The notes under the pieces: generated by a model | The model's database searches: none | Told to the model about the DNA's origin: nothing | What the model saw: only the letters and a program-made list of their open reading frames with translations | NCBI GenBank assembly: GCA_951406725.2 | Contig: OX597828.1 | Span: forward strand, 28,458,001 to 28,522,000 | Reading direction: 5' to 3' | DNA: 64,000 bases | DNA from: Octopus vulgaris | Taxonomy: Eukaryota | Part shown: positions 27,946-42,214 of the stretch, one piece after another | Layout of the letters: each line of letters starts with the position of its first letter | How positions within the stretch are numbered: position 1 is the first letter of the stretch | Program-made: the position numbers and the translations under genes

Positions 27946-28856
27946 ATATTCCTAGCACTATGAACAACCATATATATGAGTGAATGTCTGGTGTGTGGAG
28001 GGGGAGGTGTGTAGATGTAGGCAGTAATTATGGAATAGAAGACAACAAAATATGTAGAGACAATGATGATAAAACATAGATTCCAGTATTGCTTGTAATG
28101 TAAAATTGAAAAGTTGAAATACCATATTTTCTGGCATAGAAGTCGAATTTTTCAGACCCAAATTTACAACTCAAAAAGATCGGTCAACTTATTCGCTAAG
28201 ACAATTTGAAGGAGCAAAAATTCCATGTGAAATGCAGCAGAATCTGGAAAGATGGTGGCGTTGTTTGAATGTTTACACTCAATGTACTATGTCAACTTGA
28301 AGGCTTGAAAATACAGCAACAACTTGTGTGTGTGTGTAACATTATCATCATCATCATCATCTTCCTTTCAACGACCAAAGATTGGACTAAGTTTATTGAA
28401 GCAGAATTTCTACACTTGGATGCTCTGCCTTTTTTTTTTCCTATGTTTGTCCACCCAACAACATTGCATAACAACTGACGTTGGTTTGTTTACATCCCTG
28501 TGGCTTAGTGATTTCACAAAACAGACAAATAGAATAAGTAAATTCTAAAAATAATTTAAGTCCTGGAGTCAATTTGTTCAGCTAAACCCTTTGAGTCAGT
28601 GCCCTAACATGTCCACAGTCCAGTGACTAAAACAAGTAATAGATAAAAAATAAAAGAAATATATGCACACATATATACACATGCATATACATAAATGTAT
28701 GTAAGTAATGAGGTGTCTGAGCCCACACTGGAGCAGTTGCATGATGATTTAAAGGAGAGAATTAGAGGGAATGATGTTTTGCCTGACTAAGGGATAAAAT
28801 ACCTTCTTTTATTTAGTCCTTTATCTCCATCATTGTCATCATCATTATCATCGTTA

Positions 28857-28904
<48 letters not shown>

Positions 28905-28905
<1 letters not shown>

Positions 28906-30050
28906 GTTATACTTCTCAGAACATTTAGTCTTGTTTGTTCTGGTAGATTCTGTAAGGGCAGACAGCATCCAGCTGTCAGAGGTCTCACAGGGTCTTTTCC
29001 CATACATTATAAGCTTTGATACTTGGTTGTCAATTATCGTGGGAAACATTCACCATCCAAGAACAAATCTCAATATCCTAGCTGTCCCCAGCAGAGAAGT
29101 TTTGGTGAGGTTTGCTCTGCTCTTATAGCAATTCTGATTTCTCTAACATATTTCTCAAACTTGGTTCCTAGTGTTCCGAGTGCCCCCACAACTACCAGAA
29201 GGACAGACACTCTCCTCATTGTCCACATCCTTGAAGTTTTGTCTTTTAGCAGTCTGTACTTTTCAGTCTTTTCTAGTTCTTTGTCAGTTATGTGTACATC
29301 TCCAGCAACTCCAACGCATGACTTTTAGAGGACCCCTGCAACTTTTTTTTTTCGAGGCCTCATCTCTTCAATCAAACTCCATAATCTATGCACCTTTTAT
29401 TCATAGCTATATTTTACTTTATTCTATCTGAAGTTCAATATTTCACGTAATCTTTAAAAACACAAGTTAAATTTATTTAGGTTTATCACAAATTTCAATA
29501 AGTAAAACTTCCAGGTTTGAATAAAAAAGCATTTTTATAATCCTGACAACTTTCAAAGACAAACACAGAATTCTTTTCACTTCATAAAATCATCAATCAG
29601 TTCAGATTAATCAAGCTGAGAACTAAGTTTATGTTCCAGAGGTATCATAGACAATCCACTAAATCTGGTACATGTTTGTGGTACAATATAATATTTTTAC
29701 AAGAACTTTTGCAGGTACAATATATTACCATTTCATTTTAGGAAATTTTCAATTAACATAGTTTAATTCTTGTTCAATATCATAACCAAAGTAAATAGCT
29801 GACTCACTTACATACTTTGATCTTAACATGGGGCCCGTCAACCGTGGAGGCCCATTTTGGCTACAAGGGTTGCAAGGGCTTAGCGACGGCCCTGATCCCC
29901 AGGTATTGCAATATCTATGATCTTGGTTTCCTTTTATTCCTTTACCTCTGAGCATTGAGTCACATTGGATTGTAAAATCTCACGGTATCTTATATTCCTT
30001 GTTCTCAGTGACATCTTTTGGTTCATGTTTGTACCATTTCCGTGCTCTGT
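28905..30050 (-). mobile_element. R4/Dong-like 3' fragment interrupted by a hAT-like insert
   Basis: Ends in (TAA)n. KY..LK..L..MW...VPLVVGALG-like motifs. Body resumes after 29894 (IDIAIPG-like). Confidence 0.55.
29330..29894 (-). mobile_element. hAT-like DNA transposon remnant
   Basis: Minus-strand terminus CAGGGCCG with gggccc-rich subterminal region and AT-rich interior; the other end is not clear. Confidence 0.4.
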
Positions 30051-30241
30051 CCAGGCTGTTGGGCAAAATGTTTAACAGCATTTCAGTCATCTTTATATTG
30101 TGAGTTCAAACTCCACCAAGGTCGATTTGCCTTTTATTCTTTCGGGGTCAGGGAAATTGATTTACACCCCCTCTAAAATTGTTGGCCTTGTGCCAAAATT
30201 TGAAACCATTTTTATTATTGTCATTATTATTATTATTATTA

Positions 30242-30284
<43 letters not shown>

Positions 30285-30299
30285 CATTATTATTATTAT

Positions 30300-30495
30300 T
30301 TTATTCAGTAGTTTTATTTTTATAGCGTGCTTTCACTTCACTACCGAGCTCAGCTCTGTGTGCCTTGGGTATATGCTGTGATTTGTTGTGATGCTCTGAT
30401 GGTTATTGTATGGAAAGTGTTCTGCGTAGGATGTGTGCAGTGCCTAGTAGTGCAATTTTCTGTATGTTATATGTGTTTGTAAGTCCTGGTGTTTT
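30300..30495 (-). mobile_element. Short R4/Dong-like 3' end in (TAA)n
   Basis: Reads IQKIALLGTAHILRRTLSIQ*; embedded in an ATT array. Confidence 0.6.
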
Positions 30496-30526
30496 TATTA
30501 TTATTATTATTATTATCATCATTATT

Positions 30527-30567
<41 letters not shown>

Positions 30568-31800
30568 TATTATTATTATTATTGTTATTATGATTATCAT
30601 TATTAATGTATGACATTAATTTTCTAAATGTTTTTAATTATGTGATTTAGGATTTAGAAATGCTTCTCTATAAAGAGAGATATTAACAAAGCATTATTAA
30701 AGTTTTTCTCAACAATGATAAATAATAGCTTGAATGCACTGCTGCTCTAGCAAGATGCAAGAGTTCTCAACACTTGAAACTACAACTAGACGCTGACGAT
30801 AAGTGACAGCCTCTTGTGTGCTTTCAGTTTGTTTCAACACCAATCAGTGGTTACCCACCCATCATTGTTCATTGTTTGAGAAGGAAAAAGGTTGAAATCC
30901 TTTTTTTTTTTTTTTCATTTGCTTTCTTTTTCTTCTCCCTTTTTTTTTTCTCTCTCTCTCTCTCTCTCTCTAAGGACTTCTTTCAGGCACCATACTTCAC
31001 TGCTACTATTAATAAGAAAAGGAGAAAAGAAAAAAAAATCGAAGAAATAAAAACAGAAAAAAAAAAGGACAAATATACTATAGAAGTGTCGTTAGTATAT
31101 GGAAGTTAATGATGTTGTCATTTGCATTATTGAAGAGGGTCCTGTTGTCGTTGAATTGATGACAAGGATAGTAAGCTTTTGCTTAAAGTTGCGAACTTAC
31201 CGTCATTTTGCTTTTTATTGTTTCTTGAATCACCAACACCAAACAATTCCCGGCAATTGTTATGTCCCTCAAAACTTACTCATTCTCCCAATATTTATTC
31301 ACCCTTTGTTGTCTCCACAGCAGACAGTTCTTTCCTTTTTTTCTGGGATACTAAAGTAGTGGAAGCTATCTTTTTTTGGTTATATATATTTTACATATTT
31401 TTATTTTGTTTCCTACTTTGCTAAATGCTACTTAAGTCAAAATAAATAAAGAAAAAAATAAAGAAAGAAATTAACCACCTCTATAACAAAACACACCCAA
31501 AATTAGTTTATTTGGAGAAAGAAACTAATTATTGTTCTTAATGTGGTTCCATATTTCAGGAAAGTGAAAACTGACAAGGGGTGTGGTGTGAAAAATTCTC
31601 AATTTCACATTTTTATACTTTCACTTTCGCTTTCCAGTATTACCATGGTTATAATAAGCATTATCAATATCATCACCATCATCATCATCATTATTATCCT
31701 TATTACTATTATTATTAAACCTGTATCAGCATGCAATATGGACATTAAATGATGATGATCATGATGATATTGTTATCATTACTATTATTGTTGTTGTTGC

Positions 31801-31888
<88 letters not shown>

Positions 31889-32003
31889 GTTGTTGTTATT
31901 ATTATTAATGACAATGATAATAATCTCATCATTTATTAGAGCTTATTCAAAAATTTGAAATTGCTTTTCTTTATTTCTCCTATATTTCTGTTGACCTTTT
32001 AAG

Positions 32004-32188
32004 GATGGCACCATAAGATGTTGGAACCTAAAAGGAGAAGCATTACATTGTTTGTCTCATGGTATACAAGCCAAAACCGAGGCTGAAGAGCCGCCGCTGC
32101 AACAGACAAAACCATCTGACTGCCTGGCCATTATTCGATGCTTTGCATACAACCCTCATTCTGGAGCACTTGCTGTCACATTTGACAG
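32004..32188 (+). CDS. WDR4: WDR4/Trm82-like gene, internal coding exon (phase 0 to 2)
   Basis: Pyrimidine tract ...ccttttaag| acceptor and ag|gtaaga donor. Translates DGTIRCWNLKGEALHCLSHG...IIRCFAYNPHSGALAVTFD, resembling vertebrate WDR4 'DGTLRLWE..G..LHC...' (recalled similarity, not a database search). Confidence 0.85.
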
Positions 32189-32372
32189 GTAAGAAATTGT
32201 TATCTTTCATAAGGAGAATAGAAAAAAAACAAAAAAAAAAAAACACACTCTTTAAGCAACAACAGCAACTGCAAGAAATATGTATGAAGAGAGAAAGAAG
32301 CTGGGTTTAAGACAAAATTACACAACCAGTTCATAAGGATTTTACATCTTGTCATTCTAATTATCTATTTAA

Positions 32373-32442
<70 letters not shown>

Positions 32443-32974
32443 GTCTATCTATCTGTCTCATTACTTCCCCTACAATAGTTTGCAATATGACGCTATTGTG
32501 GAGATGGACCCTTCAGTTGGAAAGTTGTGACTCGTAATTGCGCCCTTCCAAAGTTTTGTGTGAAAATTGGAAGATGCAGGCGTGGCTGAGTAGTTAAGAA
32601 GCTTACTTTACAACCATGTAGTTTGGGGTTCAGTTCCACAGCATGGCACCTTCAACAAGTGTCTTCTACTATGGCCCAGGGACAAGTGTCTTCTACTATG
32701 GCCCAATGTCCTTTGAATGGATTCGGTAGATGGAAACTGAGTGGAAGCTTATAATCTATGTGTGTCTGTGTGTGTCTTTTTTGTTTCTAACTCTACCACC
32801 TGACAACAGGTGTTGATTTGTCTATGTCCCAGTGATGTAGCAGTTCAGCAAAAGATACCAATAGAATAAGACTTGGGGTCAATTTATTATTCAACCAAAC
32901 CATTCAAGGTGGTACCCCAGCATGGCCACAGTCCAATGACTGAAACAAGCAAAACAATAAAAGATAAATCCATC

Positions 32975-33800
32975 CACACATTTTCTCCATCCACTATTCT
33001 TGGGAAAGTCATGGGGTAGAGACCTCAGGAACCTCCTCCATAGACCCCTACCAGATGCAACTGTCATTCGACTTTCTAGCTGGATTCCCAAGTATGACCA
33101 ATTAGGGACATTATCTTACCATCTCTTTCTTAGTCTACCTCTAGATCTCCTGCCAGCTGGCACGATTTGAAGGATCCTTCTTAGAATTCTTTCCTAAGAC
33201 ATTCTAATTGCATGTCTGAAGTACTGGATTTGTGATCCCTCAATTTAAAGAAGTTGTGGCTTTACCTAGAGAGACTCCCTAATCTCCAAGCTATGCACCC
33301 TACCAAGTGATGTTACTCCTGAGGTCCTTCAGTGGAACTCCTTTTTGCCTGTTTGTATTTGCAATTGCACTCTGTCAGTCATTACCCAACCTCCTTGACC
33401 CTAGATTAGATCAGACACAGAAACCAAATTGAAAACAGCAAGTTTGGGGTTTTTTTTACTAACCTCAATTCTTCTGCTGAGGATTGAATGCTGGAGCCAA
33501 TGCATTACTGCACCTACACTTGAAATGCTTGCATCCAATTCAGTCTCCTGCCTCCTACAAGTAAGACCATTAAATACTGCATAGTTAAAAGGGTTTGAAA
33601 TAATAACTAGACTGCACTGTCCATTGTGCTATTTAACAAAGGATGCTTTCAGATCTTAGGTAGAGAAGGTCTGTTTGAAAAATATGTTGCAGTCTTCATC
33701 CAATGCCAGTAGAACTAGCTATGAGCCTGCAACTTGTTCTGGGAAGTATGAGATGGGACGACAGAAGGTGCATCTCCCAGGATCCTGAAGTGGGTCCAAC
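32975..33800 (-). mobile_element. Old RTE-like LINE fragment
   Basis: Minus strand gives degenerate HAIRMS..R...ILQ...GRRSRGRLRKRW, typical of an RTE ORF C-terminus; boundaries approximate. Confidence 0.5.
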
Positions 33801-33875
33801 AGGGAGTAACCATTAATGATATAACATAAGTAGTTGAATACTGTAGTACAATACTGTAGTATATATATGTATATA

Positions 33876-33937
<62 letters not shown>

Positions 33938-33951
33938 ACACCTATGTATGT

Positions 33952-33992
<41 letters not shown>

Positions 33993-34193
33993 TACATGCA
34001 TGTATATAATACAAACCAGTCAGTACATGATCCCCTGCCCTCACCTCTACATCTGATTTGATTCTAAGCCAGGTCCCAAGGAATTGTTCTGTTCATTTCA
34101 ACTATCTAAATTTGGCAAACCATTGCAAATAGTTGCACAACCACAACATCAACAATAACAACAATTTTAAATGTATTTTTGTCTTCTATCAAC

Positions 34194-34317
<124 letters not shown>

Positions 34318-34480
34318 TCACATGTATATATTCACTCATACATGCATATATTCACACACTCACTCACACATACATACACATAGTCTCACTCGCACGCATG
34401 CACGGACACAAATGTATATACACACATCATTGTCTACATGTTCAACCAAAGAGGCTTCAGGGAAACTTACTGTATAAACA

Positions 34481-34588
<108 letters not shown>

Positions 34589-35175
34589 GTATGTTTGTAT
34601 GAATGTATGTATTTATATCTAGACACGAACCATGAAGCAGGAATAAGGGTTTTTCCGAGTCGTATATAACAAGTAAGACCTTTGGCAATCAGAAGACAGA
34701 ATTATCAGGATGAGCTTCAAGAGATCTTCTAGTAACAACCATCTGACGCTAGAAATACACTCTTTATTCTTTTGGTTTGGTTCTGACATTTTGTTATTTG
34801 TTTCTCTTTTTCTTTTTTTTTTTTTGTCTTCCACAGTGTCCCTTAGCTATCACATTGTACTTGTGCCCTCTTTTGCCGCCACCAAAATACAATTCTGTCC
34901 CCCATGACCCAGCTCTTTGCATTGCTCTCCACCCTATTCCTACATCACATAAATATAAATTGTTTTTTTTTAGAGGGATTCTGTGTATTTCATTGCAGTC
35001 TGTCTGTCTGTTTGTCTGTCTGTATGAAATGACTGTGAGGCAAAATATAAGCAAATGATATTCTCTCTTTCACTCTGTCTCTTTCCCTCTCCCCCTTTGC
35101 TCTCTTCTCTCTCACTCATCACTGTCCTCTTTCTTTATAACCACTATCACACACATAAATGCAGACATACATACA

Positions 35176-35210
<35 letters not shown>

Positions 35211-35797
35211 TACACACACACATACGAGTATATGTGCATTTATATACATATACATATGTATATATAAACATGTCTATACACACACACAATTTACTTTTTA
35301 ACTTATTTCAGTTATCTTCTCTTCCTTTCCATTCTTTCGCTCCATCTACCTCTCTTTATGTCTATCTATCTGTCTATCTTTCTACCTGTCTGTCTATCTG
35401 TCTGTCTGTATATCTATCTGTCTGCCTCTCTGTCACTCTATCTATCTATTTGTCTGTCGGTCTATCTGCCTGTCTCTCTGTCACTCTGTCTATTTGTTTA
35501 TCTAGCTGTCTACACACCCACCTCTCTCTCTCACTCTCTTTCTCTACATATATATAAATATATATATACATACATATATATACTCACACCCTCACTCCAC
35601 TCTCACCACTCCACACACACACACGTGTATGTGTGCTCTTCTCCCCTTTAAATATGTCTATCTGCAATTTGTTTTCTATTTCACTTTCCTCTTCTCATTC
35701 AACTTTTCTCTTTATTTTTTTCCCATCTCACCTTTCTCACTCTCTTTCTCCTCAACTCACTCTACTTTTACTTTTTAATCATTTCTCTCCCCCCCTC

Positions 35798-35855
<58 letters not shown>

Positions 35856-36050
35856 TTTGCTTTCCTCATTGCCTCCCCATCATGCAATTATTTGAAGCTA
35901 AATATCAAATTAAGCCATGTATATATAATAGTGCAATATATTCGAATTCATATACATTTACATACTATGCAATAACATTTCTTTGTTTTGTTTTGTGTGT
36001 GGGTTCATACATACACACATACACATAGATACATACATATATGTACATAG

Positions 36051-36187
<137 letters not shown>

Positions 36188-37236
36188 CATACACACACAA
36201 ACACACATAGATGCATATATTTATATGTAATACACACATGCACATATACATATAATCATTCTTATATACATACATATATGTATGTATGTATATATATATA
36301 TATATACTCACACACGCAAACACACATATCCATACATGTGTGTGTATATATATATATATTAGTGTGTGTGCATCTGTATGTATATATTGTATATTTTGAA
36401 GTTCGTTTTCACATACCCCACACACTGCTCTCAACACATGGACACATATTCATAAACAGCAACCACTACCCCACCATATACACACACTTATTACATACAT
36501 ATATCCTGTATATATATATATATATATATTTACATATATACACACACATATACATACATCACCAATCAAAATAAATAAATGGCAGATTCTCTTGTTTCTA
36601 TAATTGCAAGAACTTTTCTAAAAAAATGCCTTCGAAAAATACCGATCTGACATTTTTCTCGGAACAAAAGCATGATGTGCAACAGACCAGATTGTGTGCA
36701 ACAGACCATTTCATTGACTTCTAGTTGCAGTTGGCAGAATATAAGAATAATAAGTTGTTTTAAAATCAAATTGCTGATGGAGATGTTTGAATCTTGCAGC
36801 TATTTTTTTCCTTTTATCTATCATTCTTTAACCAAACCTCTAATTTCTTTGAAAGTTTTTATCATAAAAATAAGCAAGTCTTTGAGAGTATCAAAGTTAT
36901 TGTCAGTGGAACTAAAGGACAATTCTAGTTTATTATAAATTGATATATATATATTTGGACTGGTGAATCTCATCTTGGTTGTTAAAGACATGGCGTTCTT
37001 TTGGTGCCTGTTTCACATGGTTATCATCGTAAGTATTGTTTCAAGCCCTAGATCTTATAAGGCCAGTTAACCACTTTCCATGGAGTCTAAGTAACCAAGA
37101 TCTCAACATTACTCTTGAATGGCATGCCAATCCATATGACATTGACAGCAGAGTTGACTGGTGTGACGTGAAGTGAAGTGCTTTGCTGAAGAAAACAATG
37201 ATCTTGGTTAATGACTTAACAAATCTTTTATCAACA

Positions 37237-37876
37237 TAAGGTGATGGAGCTGGCAGAAACGTAAACATGCCAGGTGAAATGCTTAGCGATATTTCGTCTG
37301 CCTATAGGCGGCGAGCTGGCAGAATCGTTAGCATGCCAGGCGAAATGCGCAGCCGTATTTTGTCTGCCCTTACATTCTGAGTTCAAATTCCGCCAAGGTC
37401 GACTTTGCCTTTCATCCTTTCAGGGTCGATAAATTAAGTACCAGTTATGCATTGGGGCTGATATAATCGACTTAATCCATTTGTCTGTCCTCTCTGTGTT
37501 TAGCCCCTTGTGAGTAGTAAAGAAATAGGTATTTCGTCTGCCTTTATGCTCTGAGTTCAAATTCTGCCGAGGTCGACTTTACCTTTCATCCTTTCGGGGT
37601 CAATTAAATAAGTACCAGTTATGCACTGGGGTCGATATAATCGACTTAATCCGTTTGTCTCTCCATGTTTGTCCTCTCTGTGTTTAGCCCCTTGTGGGTA
37701 GTAAAGAAATAGGTATTCGTCTGCCTTTATGCTCTGAGTTCAAATTCCGTCGAGGTCGACTTTAACTTTCATCCATTCAGGCTTGATAAATTAAGTACCA
37801 GTTGCATACTTGGGTGAATCTAATCGACTAGCCCCCCTCCCCCAAAATTTCTGGCCTTGTGCCTAGAGTAGAAAAG
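37237..37876 (+). mobile_element. Nested SINE family 1 cluster
   Basis: Outer tail-B copy with TSD aaatcttttatcaaca (37221-37236 and 37877-37892), containing two tail-A units. Confidence 0.8.
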
Positions 37877-38012
37877 AAATCTTTTATCAACACAAATGAC
37901 ATCTATTGTTAACTCAGATAAAACCTTTCGTTGTCAACAAAGAATGGAATATTAAAGACAATTTTTCTGTTTGAAGGCCTTGGAATACAAACCTTCTTTC
38001 TATTTTTTGCAG

Positions 38013-38217
38013 TTCTCCAGTTCTTCAGGTGTACAAAGTCACCAATGAGGAAAAGACACTTTGCATTAACCTTCATGATGACCATAACCTACCCTGTGTT
38101 CCTTGGGACGTCCAGTTTGGACCAGATTCTTCTCTTTGGATTCTGCTTCCATTGCAAGAGAAACCTGTAGCTCTCTTCACCTATCTTCCTGAAGCTGGTG
38201 ATGCTGATACATTCAAG
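38013..38217 (+). CDS. WDR4: WDR4-like internal coding exon (phase 2 to 0)
   Basis: ttttttgcag| acceptor, aag|gtattt donor, 205 nt, in frame with the previous exon. SPVLQVYKVT...PWDVQFGPDSSLWILLPLQEKPVALF resembles WDR4 'TPVVYIF...VWDVAFEETQGLWVL...EAPL'. Confidence 0.88.
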
Positions 38218-38235
38218 GTATTTATTTACATTAAT

Positions 38236-38266
<31 letters not shown>

Positions 38267-38948
38267 TGTATTGTCTTATATTCTTTACTTGTTTCAGTTG
38301 TCAGGCCGCAGATATGCTGTAGTACTGCCTTAAAGAATTTTAGTTGAAGAAATCAAGCCGAGTATTTTTTTTTCAAGCCTTGCTCTTATTCTATCAGTCA
38401 CTTTTGCTGAACCACTAAGTTACTGGGATGTAAACACACCAACATCAGTTGTCAAGTGTCTGTGGGGGTGGGGCAAACATGGACAAAGACACACACATAA
38501 AGATATATGACAAGCTTCTTTCAGTTTCCGTCTCCCAAATCCACTCACAAGGCTTTGGTCAGCCGAAGGTTATAGTAGAAGACACTTGCCCAAGGTGCCA
38601 CACAGAGGAACTGAACCCAGAACCATGCAATTGGGAAACAAACTTCTTACCACATAGCCAATATAAACATTTTATTTTTAAAAGCAGATTTCAGAATGAC
38701 AGCAGAACATTTGTTGATGAGGAGAATCAAAATTGAGATTTGAATCTAATTTATTATAAAATAAAATTTACGTTGGTTAGAACTCTAAGTTTAGCTTCAA
38801 AGATTATTCAATCAGTTGCCAGGCAACCAAAACTTTATTAAGGTGCAAGAATGACTGCTTCCCAATCATGTAGTCTTTGTAGGTTCAATCCCACTGCCTG
38901 TAAGCAGATCTGGTTGACATAAAACTGAAAGATGTATGTGAGTGGGTA

Positions 38949-39258
38949 GTGAAGGCACGTGATTTGTGGTTAGGGGATTCGGTTCATGATTATAAGGTTG
39001 TGAGTTCAATTCCCAACGGTGTAGTGTTCTTGAGCAAGACACATTGCTCCAGTCTCATTCAGCTGGCAAAAATGAGCTGTACCTGTAATTCAAAAGGGGC
39101 CAGCATTATTACATTCTGTGTTAAGTTGAATCTCTTTGAGAACTACGTAAAGGTTATGCATGTCTGTGGAGTACTCAGCCACTTGCACGTTAATTTCATG
39201 AGCAGGCTGTTCTGCTGATCAGATCAATTGAAATCTTTGTCATCCTAACCGCTGGAGT
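38949..39258 (+). mobile_element. tRNA/CORE-like SINE family 4
   Basis: Homologous inverted copy at 54489-54806; partial copy at about 8030-8205(-). Confidence 0.65.
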
Positions 39259-39326
39259 GCCTGTGTGCACGTGTGTGTGTGTGTGTGTTTATGTAGCCTT
39301 GTCTTGTAACAGTTGTAAATATGCGT

Positions 39327-39510
39327 TTCTATCATACAAATGGTGTATGATAGAGATATGTTTACATCAAACATTTCCATCATACAAATGGTGTATGATA
39401 GAGATATGTTTACATCAAACATTTCCATCATACAAATGGTGTATGATAGAGATATGTTTACATCAAGCATTTCTATCATACAAGTGATGTATGATAGAGA
39501 TGTTTATATC
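39327..39510. repeat. 48-bp minisatellite, about 4 copies
   Basis: atcatacaaatggtgtatgatagagatatgtttacatcaaacatttcc repeated. Confidence 0.9.
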
Positions 39511-40676
39511 ATATCTGGCCAAGGGAAAATATTTCTTTGACTGGGAAACAGGTGAGGGTCAACGACAACAAGGGCATCCGAATATAGACATTAAAACAAT
39601 GATGATGATGCCACTGCTGCTGCTGCTGATGATGATGATGATAACAATGATGATGACTGAGTCATTTGCCACGACTCAGTTGTATTGTTCACCATAGAAT
39701 ACTGAGTGACTTGCTCAGTCGAATTGGTTTTTAAGCAAATATTGTAAATTTGGATGGAGATGTGAATATTTGACCAAAAGTCTTTAGAGAGAAAAGTGGG
39801 GTGTGGGAGGGGTTTGAGTATGGTTATGAGTCATAGAATACATATTTGTGTTTTGGTAACTGCAAAACACCAAATCACTTTGTCATCTTTGTAAGGTTCG
39901 GCTCCACCTTAAAGTCCATTCTTTGTCTATCGCTACATTAATGAATTAAGAACCTTCTGTCAAGGTTTTTTCACATGTATACATTTCTGTGACTGTGAAC
40001 ATGTGCATACATGTATGTATGCATATGCATTTGTGTGTGTATGTGTGTGTTTGTGTGTGTGTGTGTGTACATGTCTGCGAATGTATTCTCCATACTAACA
40101 TTTAATTTTGCAGCTAAGACTGGAGGTGTTCATCACACTTAATCTATTAGTGTTAATATCATAATCACCACCACCACCATCATCATTATCATCATCATCA
40201 TTACTATCATTCTCAGCATCATCACCCTTGTAAACAATCCAAATTAAAATAAAAAAGAAGTGATTCAAATTAAAATTGAATTGTACTAACATATCAAAAT
40301 AATAAAAAGGAAAAAATTTCTTGAAAAAAATTATTTCTTTCCGTCAGATTTTTACTCGTAGTTAAAACTGTCAAAATAAAGTGATAGCTTAAAGGGCTAT
40401 GGGCTTGACAATCACTATAGGCTTGTCTATAGACACATAACTGTAAATTTTAACCTAATTATTGCCCTGTCTTAAAGACAAATTTATAACACAATACTCT
40501 AAAGATTGTCTTTGTATTTTGTCGTGTAATGTTTTTTTTTTGTTTAAGGAAAATAATAAAAAATATCTACAATATATATATACTCACATATATATATACA
40601 CACACACTCACACATACAGCATACATAATTATATATATGCCGCACATACATATTTTCATGCATATATATATATATA

Positions 40677-40707
<31 letters not shown>

Positions 40708-40716
40708 GCATGTGTA

Positions 40717-40752
<36 letters not shown>

Positions 40753-41019
40753 CTGTTCTGTTCTGTTTATAATTAATTATATTCAGAGATCATATGCAAG
40801 TTTATGTAAGTTATGCAGAACTGCATGATCTAATTAAATTCTAAAGGACAAGGTGGCTTTAAATTATGTAGAACGACGAGGAGATTTAATTAAATTCTAG
40901 GGACACAAAGAGCCTTAATTAGATTATACAGGATTAGGATGTCTAATTAAATTCGAAAGGGACAAACATGATGGATTTATTAAATTAACTGGAACAAGCA
41001 GAGCACCACATAACAGACA

Positions 41020-41241
<222 letters not shown>

Positions 41242-41733
41242 CACTTGTATGTATATATATATGTGTTTATGTACATGTGTTTAAGGTTCTTAATCAAAAG
41301 ACTAAAGCAACCAGTTAAACAATAACAAACTTAATACTTTAAATTATCTCAAAAAATGAAATAAAATATGTTTCCCTCTCGCAAGATCTTCGTGCCAACC
41401 ATTATATTTCAGTTACAGTGTTGAGTTCTCTAACTTTGCTTTGGTCATATTCTGAAGAATATACAAGCTAATAACCGTTTCCGAAGTAGGCACAAGGACA
41501 GAAATTTGGTGCCAAGGGGGAGTAGTAAGTAATTAGTCAATCAAATTAATCCCAATATCTAACTGGTATTTAATCTTAATTAGCCTGTCAGGATGAAGGA
41601 CAAAAATTGATGTTGGTATGATTTTAATTCCAAAACAAGCTATTTGTGACTATTAGTACTACTACTAATAACAACAATGATAATAAATCTCTCTGCTACA
41701 TCGACCCCAGTATGCAGCCGGTACTTATTTTAT

Positions 41734-41966
41734 AAGGCGGCGAGCTGGCAGAAACGTGAGCACGCCGGGCAAAATGCGTAGCCGTATTTCGTCTGTCATT
41801 ACGTTCTGAGTTCAAATTCCGCCGAGGTCAACTTTGCCTTTCATCCTTTCGGGGTCAATAAATTAAGTACCAGTTACGCACTGGGGTCGATATAATCGAT
41901 TTAATACCTATGTCTGTCCTTATTTGTCCCCTCTATGTTTAGCCCCTTGTGGGTAATAAAGAAATA
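41734..41966 (+). mobile_element. tRNA-derived SINE family 1 (tail A), young copy with TSD
   Basis: A-box-like agctggcagaa and B-box-like gagttcaaattcc; TSD ggtacttattttat. Related copies at about 8785-9005, 26133-26359(-), 37306-37712 and 45802-46018. Confidence 0.85.
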
Positions 41967-42214
41967 GGTACTTATTTTATTTACCCTGGAAGAATGAAAG
42001 GCTAAGTCAACCTTGTGGCACCTGGAATGTAAAAATGGACAAAATGGTGCTAAAGATTTTGCCCAGTGAACTGCCAATTCTGCCAGCTTACCTGGAGAAA
42101 TGCCATTAAGCAGGTGTGGCTGTGTGGTAAGTAGCTTGCGTACCAACCACATGGTTCCAGTTTCAGTTCCACGGTGTGGCACCTTGGGCAAGTGTCTTCT
42201 ACTAAAGCCTCTAT

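Noticed and set aside
30826-30890. Acceptor followed by FVSTPISG as a possible upstream WDR4 exon
   Set aside because: No LLSxSG-like ending and no convincing donor.
41734-41825. tRNA-like A/B boxes
   Set aside because: These are SINE heads with no complete cloverleaf; no real tRNA gene is called.
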